Below, piece by piece: positions 21,769-31,560 of a stretch of DNA of 64,000 bases. The DNA is taken from NCBI GenBank assembly GCA_027339965.1, contig DAHWNL010000038.1, forward strand, positions 35,831 to 99,830. The letters run 5' to 3'. Positions within the stretch are counted from its first letter, which is position 1. Each line of letters opens with the position of its first letter. Both the position numbers and the translations under genes were made by a program. Source of the DNA: Granulicella sp. (GTDB lineage Bacteria; Acidobacteriota; Terriglobia; Terriglobales; Acidobacteriaceae). The notes under the pieces are model-generated. The model ran no database searches, was not told the DNA's origin, and saw only the letters and a list, made by a program, of their open reading frames with translations.

Positions 21769-23799
21769 ATGGCGCAAGAGGCTGGACGAATGCGCGTGAG
21801 TTGCTGGCGAGGGGTACTGCCAGTTTTCTTGTTGCTTTTGGGCCCACTCACTGTTCTGCCGGCAGAAGCGCAAGCCAAGACGCAGCCGGTGCCGAATGCG
21901 ACGGCTCCGGCCAACCCGCCCTCCGTCACTCCGCCCAGTGATCCGGCGGGTAGGAAGCAGTGGATTGCGCAGGCGGAGGCATATCTCAAGACACACTATG
22001 CGAAGCATGGGTACCGGATACCGATGCGCGATGGGGTCAAGCTTTATACGCAGGTGTACACGCCGATCCCAGGCGCGTTTACCGACCGGGGGCCTTATCC
22101 CTTTCTCATGTCTCGCACGCCGTATAGCTGCGGACACTATAACGACGACGTGGTTGCGCCCAGGGTGACCGGGGATTGGGAGATGCTGGAGGGCGGCTAC
22201 ATCCTGGTATGTCAGGATGTGCGCGGCCGGTGGGAGAGTGAGGGAACGTGGCTGGAGATGTCGCCATCTCATGATGGGATGAGCGTGGATGAGTCCACGG
22301 ATATGAACGACACAGTGAACTGGCTTTTGCAGCATGTGCCGGACAACAACGGCAAGGTGGGTATCCTGGGAATCAGCTATCCGGGGTTCTATACAGCGGC
22401 GAGCATTGTCAATGGAAATCCTGCCATCAAGGCCGCAAGCCCGCAGGCTCCGATCATGAATCTATGGATGGGAGACGACGCGTATCACGGCGGAGCCTTC
22501 ATGCTTCAGGCCAATCACGGATTCTATGCCCCGTTCTTTGTTCCTCAGAAGAACCCGCTCACCCAGGAGCCGAAGAATGATTTTCACTTTCCCACGCCCG
22601 ACATGTATACCTATTATCTCAAGATGGGAACGGTGGGAGCGCTGGATACGCCGGCGGGCGGAACAAGCTCCTACTTCCACGATCAGGTTTCGAATACTGT
22701 TTACAACCACTATTGGAAGATTCGCAACCTGGCGCCACACATGGTGGGAGTGAAGGCGGCGGTGCTCGCGGTTGGTGGGCTCTTCGATGAGCAGGATCTC
22801 TCCGGCCCGGTGACGGTGTTCCACGCCATTGCGAAGTTGAGCCCCGGCGCTGCCGAGGACACGCTGATTGAAGGACCTTGGTATCACGGAGAGTGGGCAG
22901 GCGGCGCGGGGCGCGTCATCGGCGATGTCGATTTCGGATCAGACACCGGAGAGTTTTACCGGGAGAAGATCGAAGCGCCGTTCTTTGCCCACTACCTGAA
23001 GGATCAACCGTGGGACGGTCTGCCCAAGGCGTACGTCTTTGAGACCGGGACGAACGTGTGGAAAAAATACGATGCGTGGCCGCCCAAACAGGCGGTGGAG
23101 AAGATGCTCTATCTGGAGCCGGGCGGGGGCCTGGGATGGAGCCAGCCTGCAGTCAAGAACTCCAGTGACAGTTATGTGAGCGATCCGGCGCATCCGGTTC
23201 CTTACACCCCGTATATCACCGGCGTGGATGTTCCGCAGCGCTATATGGTGGACGACCAGCGGTTTGCAACCACGCGGGGAGATGTGCTGGTGTATGAGAG
23301 CTCTCCGTTGAGTCAGGACGTGACGGTGGTGGGACCGGTCCGGCCGATGCTGAAGATTGCATCCACAGGGACGGACTCCGACTTCGATGTGAAACTCATC
23401 GATGTCTTTCCCGAGGACTACAAGGATCCGCTGGCCAAGGAGCACAAGGGAAGCGGAGCGACCACACCGACGGTGTATATGCAGGGTTATCAGATGCTGG
23501 TGCGTGGCCAACCCTTCCGCGCCAAGTTCCGGCACTCGTGGGAGCATCCGCAGCCGTTGACGCCGGGCAAGATCACGGACGTGAACTTCACCATGCAAGA
23601 CATAAGCCACACGTTCTTGAAGGGACACCGCATCATGGTGCAGATCCAGAGTTCCTGGTTTCCCCTGGTGGATCGCAATCCGCAGACCTTCGTGGATATT
23701 TACAAGGCGAAGCCGGAAGACTTCAAAGCCGCGACCGAAACGGTCTTCCATCAGGCAGGGGCTGCCAGCGGAGTTGAGCTGATGGTGATGCCGCAGTAA
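21769..23799 (+). CDS. CocE/NonD-family hydrolase (alpha-amino acid ester hydrolase-like), exported
   Basis: IPMRDGVKL, RTPY, QDVRGRWESEG, GISYPG nucleophile elbow, GPWYHG. Confidence 0.92.
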   Translation: MAQEAGRMRVSCWRGVLPVFLLLLGPLTVLPAEAQAKTQPVPNATAPANPPSVTPPSDPAGRKQWIAQAEAYLKTHYAKHGYRIPMRDGVKLYTQVYTPIPGAFTDRGPYPFLMSRTPYSCGHYNDDVVAPRVTGDWEMLEGGYILVCQDVRGRWESEGTWLEMSPSHDGMSVDESTDMNDTVNWLLQHVPDNNGKVGILGISYPGFYTAASIVNGNPAIKAASPQAPIMNLWMGDDAYHGGAFMLQANHGFYAPFFVPQKNPLTQEPKNDFHFPTPDMYTYYLKMGTVGALDTPAGGTSSYFHDQVSNTVYNHYWKIRNLAPHMVGVKAAVLAVGGLFDEQDLSGPVTVFHAIAKLSPGAAEDTLIEGPWYHGEWAGGAGRVIGDVDFGSDTGEFYREKIEAPFFAHYLKDQPWDGLPKAYVFETGTNVWKKYDAWPPKQAVEKMLYLEPGGGLGWSQPAVKNSSDSYVSDPAHPVPYTPYITGVDVPQRYMVDDQRFATTRGDVLVYESSPLSQDVTVVGPVRPMLKIASTGTDSDFDVKLIDVFPEDYKDPLAKEHKGSGATTPTVYMQGYQMLVRGQPFRAKFRHSWEHPQPLTPGKITDVNFTMQDISHTFLKGHRIMVQIQSSWFPLVDRNPQTFVDIYKAKPEDFKAATETVFHQAGAASGVELMVMPQ

Positions 23800-24043
23800 G
23801 GCAGTGGGGTATGAACTGCACAGAGCCGTTGATCCGCCAAGCGCCGCGCCAGAACTGCGGAGCAGCGGTGCTCCCGAACCTGTATTTGGCCGCGGCGAGG
23901 GCAAAGAACGGTGCGCCAGGGCTGCTTGAGCGGAGATTAGAGGCGCAGCCAGCGGGAGGGCTTTGCGCGTCAGCAGTTGGTGATCGGCCTGTGCATTCCA
24001 CCGAGGCGTTTCGGGCGAGCGCAGCGAATGAGGAGGGGAGTTC

Positions 24044-25057
24044 ATGGACGGCAGTGGCGTACTGCGGACGGTGGCTGAGCGGCTGTACTACGACCTGGAT
24101 GCGGCGCTGGAGTTTCAAGCGGTTGTAACTGGCTTGCGGTCTGGAGGGCAAGAAAGGAGTCCGGATGGGCAGGGGAAGCCGCTCTGGCATCTGGCGCTGG
24201 ACCGCACCGCGTTCTATCCCGCCGGCGGAGGCCAGCCCTGGGATCAGGGACTGCTTGTGGCGGCTCTGCCATATGCTGAAACCTTGCGGGTTGAGGTGGA
24301 GCGGGTGGAGGAAGATGCGGCGGGCCAGGTCTGGCATGCCGTTCCAGAGCCCGTTGCCGTTGGCGCACAAGTGCTGGGCAGGGTGGATGCCGAGCGCAGG
24401 ATGGATCACGCGCAGCAGCACTCGGGGCAGCATCTGCTGTCGGCGATGTTTCTGCGTGAACTTGGCCTTCCCACAGTTTCGTTCCATCTGGGCGCTGAGT
24501 CGGTGACGATTGACTTGAGGGCCGAAAAGATCTGCCCGGAGGATCTGGCCCGTGTGGAAGATGCGGTGAATCGCGTGATCTTTGAGGACCGCCGGATGCT
24601 TTCGCGATGGGTGGAGCAGGAAGAGGCGGAACAGATGCTGGCCCGAGGGGAGTTGCGCAAGCTGCCGGAGCGCGCCGGGCCGATAAGAATCGTGCAGATG
24701 GAGGGTGTGGAGAGCAATGCCTGCGGAGGAACTCATGTGCGGTCCACGGGGGCCATTGGAGGGCTTCTGGTGCGGAGGGTGGAGAAGGTGCGCCAGGGGC
24801 AGCGGGTGGAGTTCTGCTGTGGACTGCGGGCCGTAAGAGCCGCGCGATCCGACCTTGCGCGGCTGCGCGAGTCAGGGGCGCTGTTGAGTGTGGGACCAGC
24901 GGAGTTGGCCGGCAGGGTGGCGGGGCTGATTGAAGACAAGAAACAGCTAGCGAAGCAGCGCAAACTGCTGGAGCGCCAGATCAAAGAGCTGGAAGATCGG
25001 CTGAGGGCTTCAGCCCAGGAGCGCCGACGGGAAGAAGATGGAAGCGAGCAGGGGTGA
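24044..25057 (+). CDS. AlaX-type alanyl-tRNA editing protein
   Basis: DRTAFYPAGGGQ, HSGQH (HxxxH), CGGTH; no aminoacylation domain. Confidence 0.88.
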   Translation: MDGSGVLRTVAERLYYDLDAALEFQAVVTGLRSGGQERSPDGQGKPLWHLALDRTAFYPAGGGQPWDQGLLVAALPYAETLRVEVERVEEDAAGQVWHAVPEPVAVGAQVLGRVDAERRMDHAQQHSGQHLLSAMFLRELGLPTVSFHLGAESVTIDLRAEKICPEDLARVEDAVNRVIFEDRRMLSRWVEQEEAEQMLARGELRKLPERAGPIRIVQMEGVESNACGGTHVRSTGAIGGLLVRRVEKVRQGQRVEFCCGLRAVRAARSDLARLRESGALLSVGPAELAGRVAGLIEDKKQLAKQRKLLERQIKELEDRLRASAQERRREEDGSEQG

Positions 25058-25124
25058 AGTTTGCTGGCGCAACATCGCGAAGATATCCGCCGGATCGCAC
25101 TGCTGCGCCAGCTAAGCTGTAGGG

Positions 25125-27755
25125 GTGAGTCTGTATTGCGATGTCGCGCTGCCTGTGCCGCTGGATCGGGTGTTCACCTACGAACTCGGCGGACTTAAGG
25201 CCGAGGTGGGCGCTCGGGCGATTGTGTCGTTTGGCGGCCAGCGGTTGGTGGGCGTGGTGGTCAAGCTGCACGATGTCGCGCCTGGCCGGCAGGCTGTTTC
25301 AGCCTCGATCGATCAAGATGGGGACGTCTCTCAGGATGTGAGTCGCGTGCGGGCGGAGGCTGGGAGCGCTGAGGCGATTCCGGTCAAGCCTGTTGAGCAG
25401 GTTTTGGATGCGGCAGCGCTGCTCTCACCGGAACTGATGGAGCTGGGAAGATGGGTGGCGGGATACTACTGCGCTCCGCTGGGCGAGGTGCTGAGAGGGA
25501 TGTTGCCGCTAACCGCCGAGGTGCGGCGGCAGTGGGGATACAAGATCGCAGAGCGTGGCCGGAGGGTGCTCACCGAGGCAGCGGGAAGGGGATCGCCGCA
25601 TCACGCCTCCAGCCGCGCTGAACGCAGCCTTGAAGAACAGAATCGTGAGTATGCGGTGTTGAACTACCTGGAGAGCGGGGAGGTGGCCAGGGGAAGTGTG
25701 ATTCGAGCAGCGACGGGGGCCAACAAGGCGCTGCTGGACGGGATGGCGAAGAAGCGCTGGCTGCTGCGTGAGCCGCTGGCGGAGGTGCGGGATGCGCGGC
25801 GGATGGAGTTCATTGCTGTGCTGGAGGAACAGGCAGCAAACGGTCCTTTGACAGACGGCGAAAGTCCGAGGCGGCTGCCGCGGTTGAATGACAATCAATT
25901 GGCGGTGATGGCAGAGCTGGCCGGTTGCCGAGGCCGAGCGCCGGTGTGGGAGTTGCGTGGACGTCTGCGCGGGAGAGGGATTCCCGACTCCACGCTGGGG
26001 ACGCTGGTGCGGCGCGGACTGGTGCGATTGGAGGAGACCGCTCAAGCCTTCCAGGTGACGGGCCTAAGGCAAGAGGGTAAGAAGTTTGCGCATGAACATG
26101 TGCTCAATCAGGCGCAGAGTGCAGCTCTGGGAACCATCGTGGCTGCCTTGGAGGAGGGGGGCTTCCGTCCGCTTCTGCTCTACGGGGTCACCGGCAGCGG
26201 TAAAACGGCGGTGTATGTGGCCGCGATCGAGCAGGCGCTGAAGGCGGGCAAGAGCGCCTTGCTGCTGGTTCCAGAGATTGGGCTGACGCCCGGCACAGCA
26301 GCTCAGATGGTGGCGGCCTTTGCCGGTCAGGTAGCGCTGCTGCACTCCCAGCTCACGCCAGACGAACGAGCCGAGCAATGGCACAGAATTCGCCGGGGAG
26401 AGGCGAGGGTGGTGATCGGAACCCGATCGGCGGTCTTTGCGCCACTGCCGGATCTGGGGCTGATCGTTGTGGATGAGGAGCATGACACTAGCTACAAGCA
26501 GGAAGAGACGCCGCGCTATCACGGGAGGGATGTCGCGGTGATGCGAGCCAAACTGATGGGATGTACAGTGGTGCTTGGCTCGGCGACGCCGTCGTTGGAA
26601 AGTTGGCACAACGCCGAGCGCGGGCGCTATGCGCTGGTGGAGATGCGGAAGCGGGTTCAGGCCCGGCCGCTGCCCGCGGTGGAGACCATCGACATGCGTG
26701 TCGAGTTCCGTGAGACCGGACAGGAGCAACTTTTTTCACGGCGGCTGATCGAGGCGGTGCGAGCGACTCTGGAGCGCGGCGAACAGGCGATCATCCTGAT
26801 CAACCGCCGCGGCTACAGTTTTGTAGTGATGTGCAGGAGCTGTGGACAGAAGCTGGAGTGTGAGAACTGCGCAATTTCCCTGACTTACCACAAGGGAGGA
26901 GAGGAACACAGCCTTAAGGGCGAGGCGCGGGTGGGGCAGCGGCTGGAGTGTCACTATTGCGGCTATCGGCGGACTGTCCCCAGAGTGTGTCCCAGGTGCC
27001 AGAGCGAGCACCTCTACTACATGGGCGCCGGTTCGCAGCAAGGTGAGGAGCGGCTGCAGGAGATCTTTCCCTTTGCCCGGATCGGGCGGATGGACCGTGA
27101 CACCGTGCGTTCCCGAGGCGACATGGAGCGGCTGTTGGGGCAATTGCACGGCGGAGAGATCAATCTGCTGGTGGGAACGCAGATGATCGCCAAAGGGCAC
27201 GATATCCACGGGGTGACACTGGTGGGGGTGGTGGGTGCGGATTTCGCGCTGGGACTGCCCGACTTTCGCGCCGCTGAGCGGGTGTTTCAACTCCTCACTC
27301 AGGTGAGCGGGCGAGCCGGCAGGGGGGATCTTCCCGGAAAGGTGCTGGTACAGACCTATCAGCCCGAACATTACGTCAATCAGTTTGTCCGGGAGCACGA
27401 CTACACCGGATTCGCAGCCCGCGAGACCTACTACCGGAGGGCGATGCGGTACCCGCCGTTCGGCGTATTGGCCAACGTGATTGTGCAAAGTGAGCAGTTC
27501 GAGGAGGTGCTGGGGTGGTCAACCCGTCTGGGACGATGGTTCCAGAAGCGTCATCTGGAGGGAATCCGGGTTCTTGGACCGGCAGCGGCGCCCAACTCTC
27601 GATTGAAGCGAATCTACCGCTATCATCTGGTGCTGCGGGCGGAGCGCCGCGATTTGCTGGCTGCGGCTCTACGCGAGATGCTCTGCGAGGTGGATCGAGA
27701 GCGGATTCCCCGCCGATCCGTGGTGGTGGATGTGGACCCGATGCACCTGATGTAA
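25125..27755 (+). CDS. priA: Replication restart helicase PriA
   Basis: GVTGSGKT, LVPEIGLTP, DEEHD, SATPS, eight-Cys zinc region, GTQMIAKG, QVSGRAGR. Confidence 0.97.
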   Translation: MSLYCDVALPVPLDRVFTYELGGLKAEVGARAIVSFGGQRLVGVVVKLHDVAPGRQAVSASIDQDGDVSQDVSRVRAEAGSAEAIPVKPVEQVLDAAALLSPELMELGRWVAGYYCAPLGEVLRGMLPLTAEVRRQWGYKIAERGRRVLTEAAGRGSPHHASSRAERSLEEQNREYAVLNYLESGEVARGSVIRAATGANKALLDGMAKKRWLLREPLAEVRDARRMEFIAVLEEQAANGPLTDGESPRRLPRLNDNQLAVMAELAGCRGRAPVWELRGRLRGRGIPDSTLGTLVRRGLVRLEETAQAFQVTGLRQEGKKFAHEHVLNQAQSAALGTIVAALEEGGFRPLLLYGVTGSGKTAVYVAAIEQALKAGKSALLLVPEIGLTPGTAAQMVAAFAGQVALLHSQLTPDERAEQWHRIRRGEARVVIGTRSAVFAPLPDLGLIVVDEEHDTSYKQEETPRYHGRDVAVMRAKLMGCTVVLGSATPSLESWHNAERGRYALVEMRKRVQARPLPAVETIDMRVEFRETGQEQLFSRRLIEAVRATLERGEQAIILINRRGYSFVVMCRSCGQKLECENCAISLTYHKGGEEHSLKGEARVGQRLECHYCGYRRTVPRVCPRCQSEHLYYMGAGSQQGEERLQEIFPFARIGRMDRDTVRSRGDMERLLGQLHGGEINLLVGTQMIAKGHDIHGVTLVGVVGADFALGLPDFRAAERVFQLLTQVSGRAGRGDLPGKVLVQTYQPEHYVNQFVREHDYTGFAARETYYRRAMRYPPFGVLANVIVQSEQFEEVLGWSTRLGRWFQKRHLEGIRVLGPAAAPNSRLKRIYRYHLVLRAERRDLLAAALREMLCEVDRERIPRRSVVVDVDPMHLM

Positions 27756-27981
27756 GAGGGGGGCAGCTTCCAAGGTGAATCCGCAGCGACAGTAGCGCAG
27801 CAACTCTATGCGGCAACGGATTTTCGGGCAGGAGGCTCGGGGCCGCCCGGCACCGGCTGCCTGGCGTCAGGGGCCGGCAAGACAGCAGAAGGAGATGGTA
27901 GGCGAGCTGAGCGCAGGTGCTTGCCACAGTGGGGCTGGGAATGCCCCCCAAAAGAAGATCTCGGGATCTTAGGAACCCAGC

Positions 27982-28045
27982 ATCCCAGGCTCAGGATCCC
28001 AGGCTCGGGATCCCAGACCCAGGATCCCAGACCCAGGATCCCTGG
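27982..28045. repeat. Degenerate 14-bp (2x7) tandem repeat, consensus ATCCCAGRCYCRGG, about 4.5 copies
   Basis: Units at 27982, 27996, 28010, 28024 and partial 28038, with decayed flanking copies. Confidence 0.85.
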
Positions 28046-28199
28046 AGTCCGAAGAGCCCGGGGAATCCCAGGAGCCCGGAGTCCGAGCATTCCATGCCGG
28101 GGCGAGGAGACATGAAGGGGTGTCGTTATCCTCTTGACCTATTGGGCGGAAATCGTCGCGGGTTCTTTGCGCTATCGATATTATGGGCGCTCCGTGAAG

Positions 28200-28481
28200 C
28201 TATTGGCCAGCCCATCCCAGGGCCTGGAGCTCCTTTCCGGGCTTGAAGCGGACGGCTTTGCCGGGAGTAATGGCCACCTCCGCGCCGGTGCGCGGATTCC
28301 TGCCTACGCCGGTCTTACGCGGCTTGACGGTGAATACGCCGAAGCCGCGCAGTTCAATGCGGTCGCTGGTTTCCATGGCCTTCTTCATGGCTTCGAAGAT
28401 GGCGTCTACTGCGGACTCGGCCTTGGTCCGCGGAAGTCCGGTGCGCTCAACTACGCGCTGGATAAGGTCCTGTTTGATCAA
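28200..28481 (-). CDS. HU/IHF family DNA-binding protein
   Basis: IKQDLI...IELRGFGVF...GRNPRTG...FKPGKEL; TTG start behind AGGAAGG. Confidence 0.93.
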   Translation of the reverse strand: MIKQDLIQRVVERTGLPRTKAESAVDAIFEAMKKAMETSDRIELRGFGVFTVKPRKTGVGRNPRTGAEVAITPGKAVRFKPGKELQALGWAGQ

Positions 28482-28774
28482 TGGTGGTCGCCTTCCTGCT
28501 GATGAAGTCCGGGGAGGCTCCAACGGCGCAACCCTGCCTTTGGAGCGCAGTGGAACCCAGCGCCTTACAATGCGATGGTAGAAAGACGAGTTTTGGTTGT
28601 CAATTTTCCTCAGAAGGTCTTGTCGAAATCCGACGGCGGAGGCGGAGAGGATGGCGTGCTTTGCGATAGGCTCGAAGTGACGCAAAAATTGATGCAATCC
28701 AAAGCAGTCATTCGGTTAGAAAGGGACATTCTCGACCAGGTTGGGGGATTCTGGCGGGGGTGAAGGGGAGGGCG

Positions 28775-29329
28775 ATGTCGATCAAGAGCGATACATGGAT
28801 TCGGAAGCTGGCCATCGAGAATAAGATGATTGAGCCGTTCAGTGAGAAGCAGGTGCGCGACGGAGTGATCTCCTACGGGCTATCTTCGTATGGGTATGAT
28901 CTGCGCGTCTCCAACGAGTTCAAGATCTTTACCAACGTAAATAGCGCCATCATCGATCCGAAGAACTTCGACGAGCGGTCGTTTGTTTCGGTAGAGGCGG
29001 AGAGTATCGTCGTTCCGCCCAACAGTTTTGCCTTGGCGCGCTCGGTGGAGTACTTCCGGATTCCGCGCGATGTGCTGACCATCTGCGTCGGCAAGAGTAC
29101 CTATGCGCGCTGTGGCATCATCGTCAATGTCACGCCGTTTGAGCCGGAGTGGGAGGGGTTTGTCACGCTGGAGGTCTCCAACACCACCCCGTTGCCGGCG
29201 CGCATCTACGCCAACGAGGGGTTGTGCCAGATTCTCTTCTTCCAGAGCGACCAGATCTGCGAAGTGAGCTACGGCGACCGCAAGGGGAAGTACCAGAAGC
29301 AGCAGGGGATCGTGTTGCCGAAGCTTTAA
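28775..29329 (+). CDS. dcd: dCTP deaminase
   Basis: [32 protein letters not shown]. Confidence 0.96.
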   Translation: MSIKSDTWIRKLAIENKMIEPFSEKQVRDGVISYGLSSYGYDLRVSNEFKIFTNVNSAIIDPKNFDERSFVSVEAESIVVPPNSFALARSVEYFRIPRDVLTICVGKSTYARCGIIVNVTPFEPEWEGFVTLEVSNTTPLPARIYANEGLCQILFFQSDQICEVSYGDRKGKYQKQQGIVLPKL

Positions 29330-29452
29330 GCAGCGGAGCTGGATGGAGGCTCTGCGCGTTGGAGTAGCGCTGGAAATTGGAGCAGCGCTGGAATATGTAG
29401 ATCCAATCCAAGCCGGGCATGGGAGAGAGACTCAGTCCATGGCAGTTGAGAG

Positions 29453-30178
29453 TTGTTGCTTGTGAAGACGGAAGGGAAGGCGAAGATCGGTGTTGTAGCG
29501 GCAGATTCCCTTCGTTCCATGGGACTGATCGCCATCCTCGATGAGAGCGGGGATGGCGAGGTGCGCCCGCTCCGGATGGAAGAGTTGTTTGGCCAGCCGT
29601 CTTGCGAGCAGGCACCCGATCGGGCCGCTGAAGGGTCGCGGGGCCAAAGTCTGGATCTGCTGCTGCTGGACCTGCAAGAACCTCTGGATGCCGTGCTGTA
29701 CTCCATCTCCCGCATTCGCCGGGAACGGCCCGGTTTGAAGACGGTTCTGATGGGAGATCCACTGACGCCGGAGCAGATCCAGGCGGTGATCGGAGCGGGA
29801 GCCAAGGGATTCCTGCTGCGAACCGCTGGTCAAAAGGAGATTCGTATGGCTGTGGAGATCGTGCTGGATGGATCCATATGGGCACCCCGCAAGGTCCTGG
29901 CCAGATTGGTGGAGGCTGGAACGGCAGCGGCATCCGGGCTGTTGCGCTCTCTGAGTCCTCAACAGGAGTCTATTGAAGAGATGGTCACCGACCGGGAGCG
30001 CGAGGTGCTGCATCTGCTGATGAGCGGCCGGTCCAACCGCGAGATTGCCGCCGCCATGGGGATTGAGCAGGCGACCGTCAAGGCTCACCTGGGCCGCATG
30101 TTGCGCAAGACGCGAGCCAAGAACCGGGTGGAGTTAACCCTGAGGGCCGTGGAGGAGAGTGAACAACAACGGGAGTAG
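29453..30178 (+). CDS. NarL/LuxR-family response regulator with atypical receiver, orphan
   Basis: Receiver-like N-domain (DLLLLD, AGAKGFL) and LuxR HTH TDREREVL...SNREIA...TVKAHL; no kinase nearby. Confidence 0.9.
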   Translation: MLLVKTEGKAKIGVVAADSLRSMGLIAILDESGDGEVRPLRMEELFGQPSCEQAPDRAAEGSRGQSLDLLLLDLQEPLDAVLYSISRIRRERPGLKTVLMGDPLTPEQIQAVIGAGAKGFLLRTAGQKEIRMAVEIVLDGSIWAPRKVLARLVEAGTAAASGLLRSLSPQQESIEEMVTDREREVLHLLMSGRSNREIAAAMGIEQATVKAHLGRMLRKTRAKNRVELTLRAVEESEQQRE

Positions 30179-30204
30179 GTGGTTCGCATCGGGTTGAGAG
30201 CGCG

Positions 30205-30371
30205 CAGGAGAAAAATCTCACGGTCTAGCAACAAAAGTAACATTCGAAGGTCTACATTACTAGGTACTCTTGTAATCCTCTGATGTCCTAGCTCATAGTA
30301 AATCCAGTACAAACCTGGGAGAATTGGGGTTGCGGGCGCTGCTGATGCGCGATTCCGCAGCCCGTTTTTTT
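30205..30371 (+). ncRNA. Candidate small RNA or long 3' UTR ending at an intrinsic terminator
   Basis: AT-rich, stop-codon-dense, repeated GTA/CTA motifs, then GC stem plus T7; 5' end unknown. Confidence 0.4.
30327..30371 (+). terminator. Intrinsic terminator
   Basis: GGGTTGCGG...CCGCAGCCC stem (one G-U) with inner GCGC stem, followed by GTTTTTTT. Confidence 0.8.
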
Positions 30372-30457
30372 GTCGGGTACAACTCCGCGGTCTTGGGGGT
30401 CCATCATACGGTGGGTAATAACTAGCAGTGAAACTCAAAGAAACAGGAGTGGTTTGC

Positions 30458-31150
30458 ATGAGAAAGCTGATGAGCGTTGTCTGTGGTTTGGCGATGTGTG
30501 GAAGTATGGTTTCTGCACAGGCGCAGATGAAGAAGTTGACGGAACGATTGACCGATGCAGCCGAGGTGATTCAGCAGATCATGGCGACTCCTGACCGTTC
30601 GATTCCGGAATCGATTCTGGCAAGGGCATCGTGCGTGGTGGTAGTTCCAGCGTACAAAAAGGCAGCCTTTGTGTTTGGGGCGCAGTATGGACAGGGAGTG
30701 GCGACCTGCCGCACGCCTCGCGGATGGAGCGCGCCGGTGTTTGTGCAACTGACCGGCGGGAGCTTTGGATTTCAGATCGGCGGGCAGTCGACCGATCTGG
30801 TGCTCGTGGCGATGGATCGGCACGGGTTGCAGGACATGCTGAAGAACAAGTTCAAGCTGGGCGCGGATGCTTCTGCCGCCGCCGGACCGGTGGGCCGCAA
30901 TGCAGCGGCTGCGACGGATTGGAAGCTGAATGCGGAATTTCTCACTTACTCCCGGAGTAAGGGACTATTTGCGGGCATCAATCTATCCGGTACGGTTCTT
31001 TCACAGAATGCGGATGACACGCGAACTGAGTACGGCACGGATATTCCTTTTGAACAGATTCTGAAGGGCAATGTGGCCACGAAGGGGAACGCGCAACACT
31101 TTGTCAGCACGGTGGCCCGTTACTTTGTGGTGTCCAAGGATCAACACTAG
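30458..31150 (+). CDS. Lipid-binding SYLF/Ysc84 domain exported protein
   Basis: Signal peptide; WSAPVF, GGSFGFQIGGQSTD, AAGPVGR, YSRSKGLFAG. Confidence 0.92.
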   Translation: MRKLMSVVCGLAMCGSMVSAQAQMKKLTERLTDAAEVIQQIMATPDRSIPESILARASCVVVVPAYKKAAFVFGAQYGQGVATCRTPRGWSAPVFVQLTGGSFGFQIGGQSTDLVLVAMDRHGLQDMLKNKFKLGADASAAAGPVGRNAAAATDWKLNAEFLTYSRSKGLFAGINLSGTVLSQNADDTRTEYGTDIPFEQILKGNVATKGNAQHFVSTVARYFVVSKDQH

Positions 31151-31317
31151 TCCGGCGGTTATCGCGTGAAGGAACCGCTCACGGAAATGGATCCGTGCGG
31201 TGTCCGGACGTCTCCGCGCTCCGACAAACGCCTCCGGAAGAGCGAGGCTCCCGGTCTGATCGCAACGGGTGGAGCAGCGTAGAGGTTGCCGAAGGCGGCA
31301 CAAAACGGGCTGTAGAG

Positions 31318-31343
31318 GAAGGGACGGCTGCGGCCGTCCCTTC
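31318..31343. terminator. Strong hairpin, possible terminator or stabiliser
   Basis: GAAGGGACGGC-TGCG-GCCGTCCCTTC perfect 11-bp stem, weak U tail. Confidence 0.45.
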
Positions 31344-31455
31344 TCCGTGCAGCGGCGCCCTTGATAGGTAGGCGACGGTGGCGAGGCGCTCCCGCACGCC
31401 GACACGGACGATCAATGCAAGTGCTTTTCGTTCTTAGCATTTCGATCCCGCTCGG

Positions 31456-31473
31456 TTTTGATTATGATCAAAA
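31456..31473. promoter_or_regulatory. FNR/CRP-family binding site upstream of lutABC
   Basis: TTTTGAT-TATG-ATCAAAA contains the exact TTGAT-N4-ATCAA consensus. Confidence 0.7.
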
Positions 31474-31560
31474 GAAAGAACTGGGAGTTCCTCAGAGACG
31501 CTGGTATCCCATGGGGGATATGAGGCTTCGAAGGTCTTTAGGTTGGGGAAGGTCGCTGCT

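Noticed and set aside
27955..28090. CRISPR array
   Set aside because: Units are 14 bp, head-to-tail, without spacers; no cas genes
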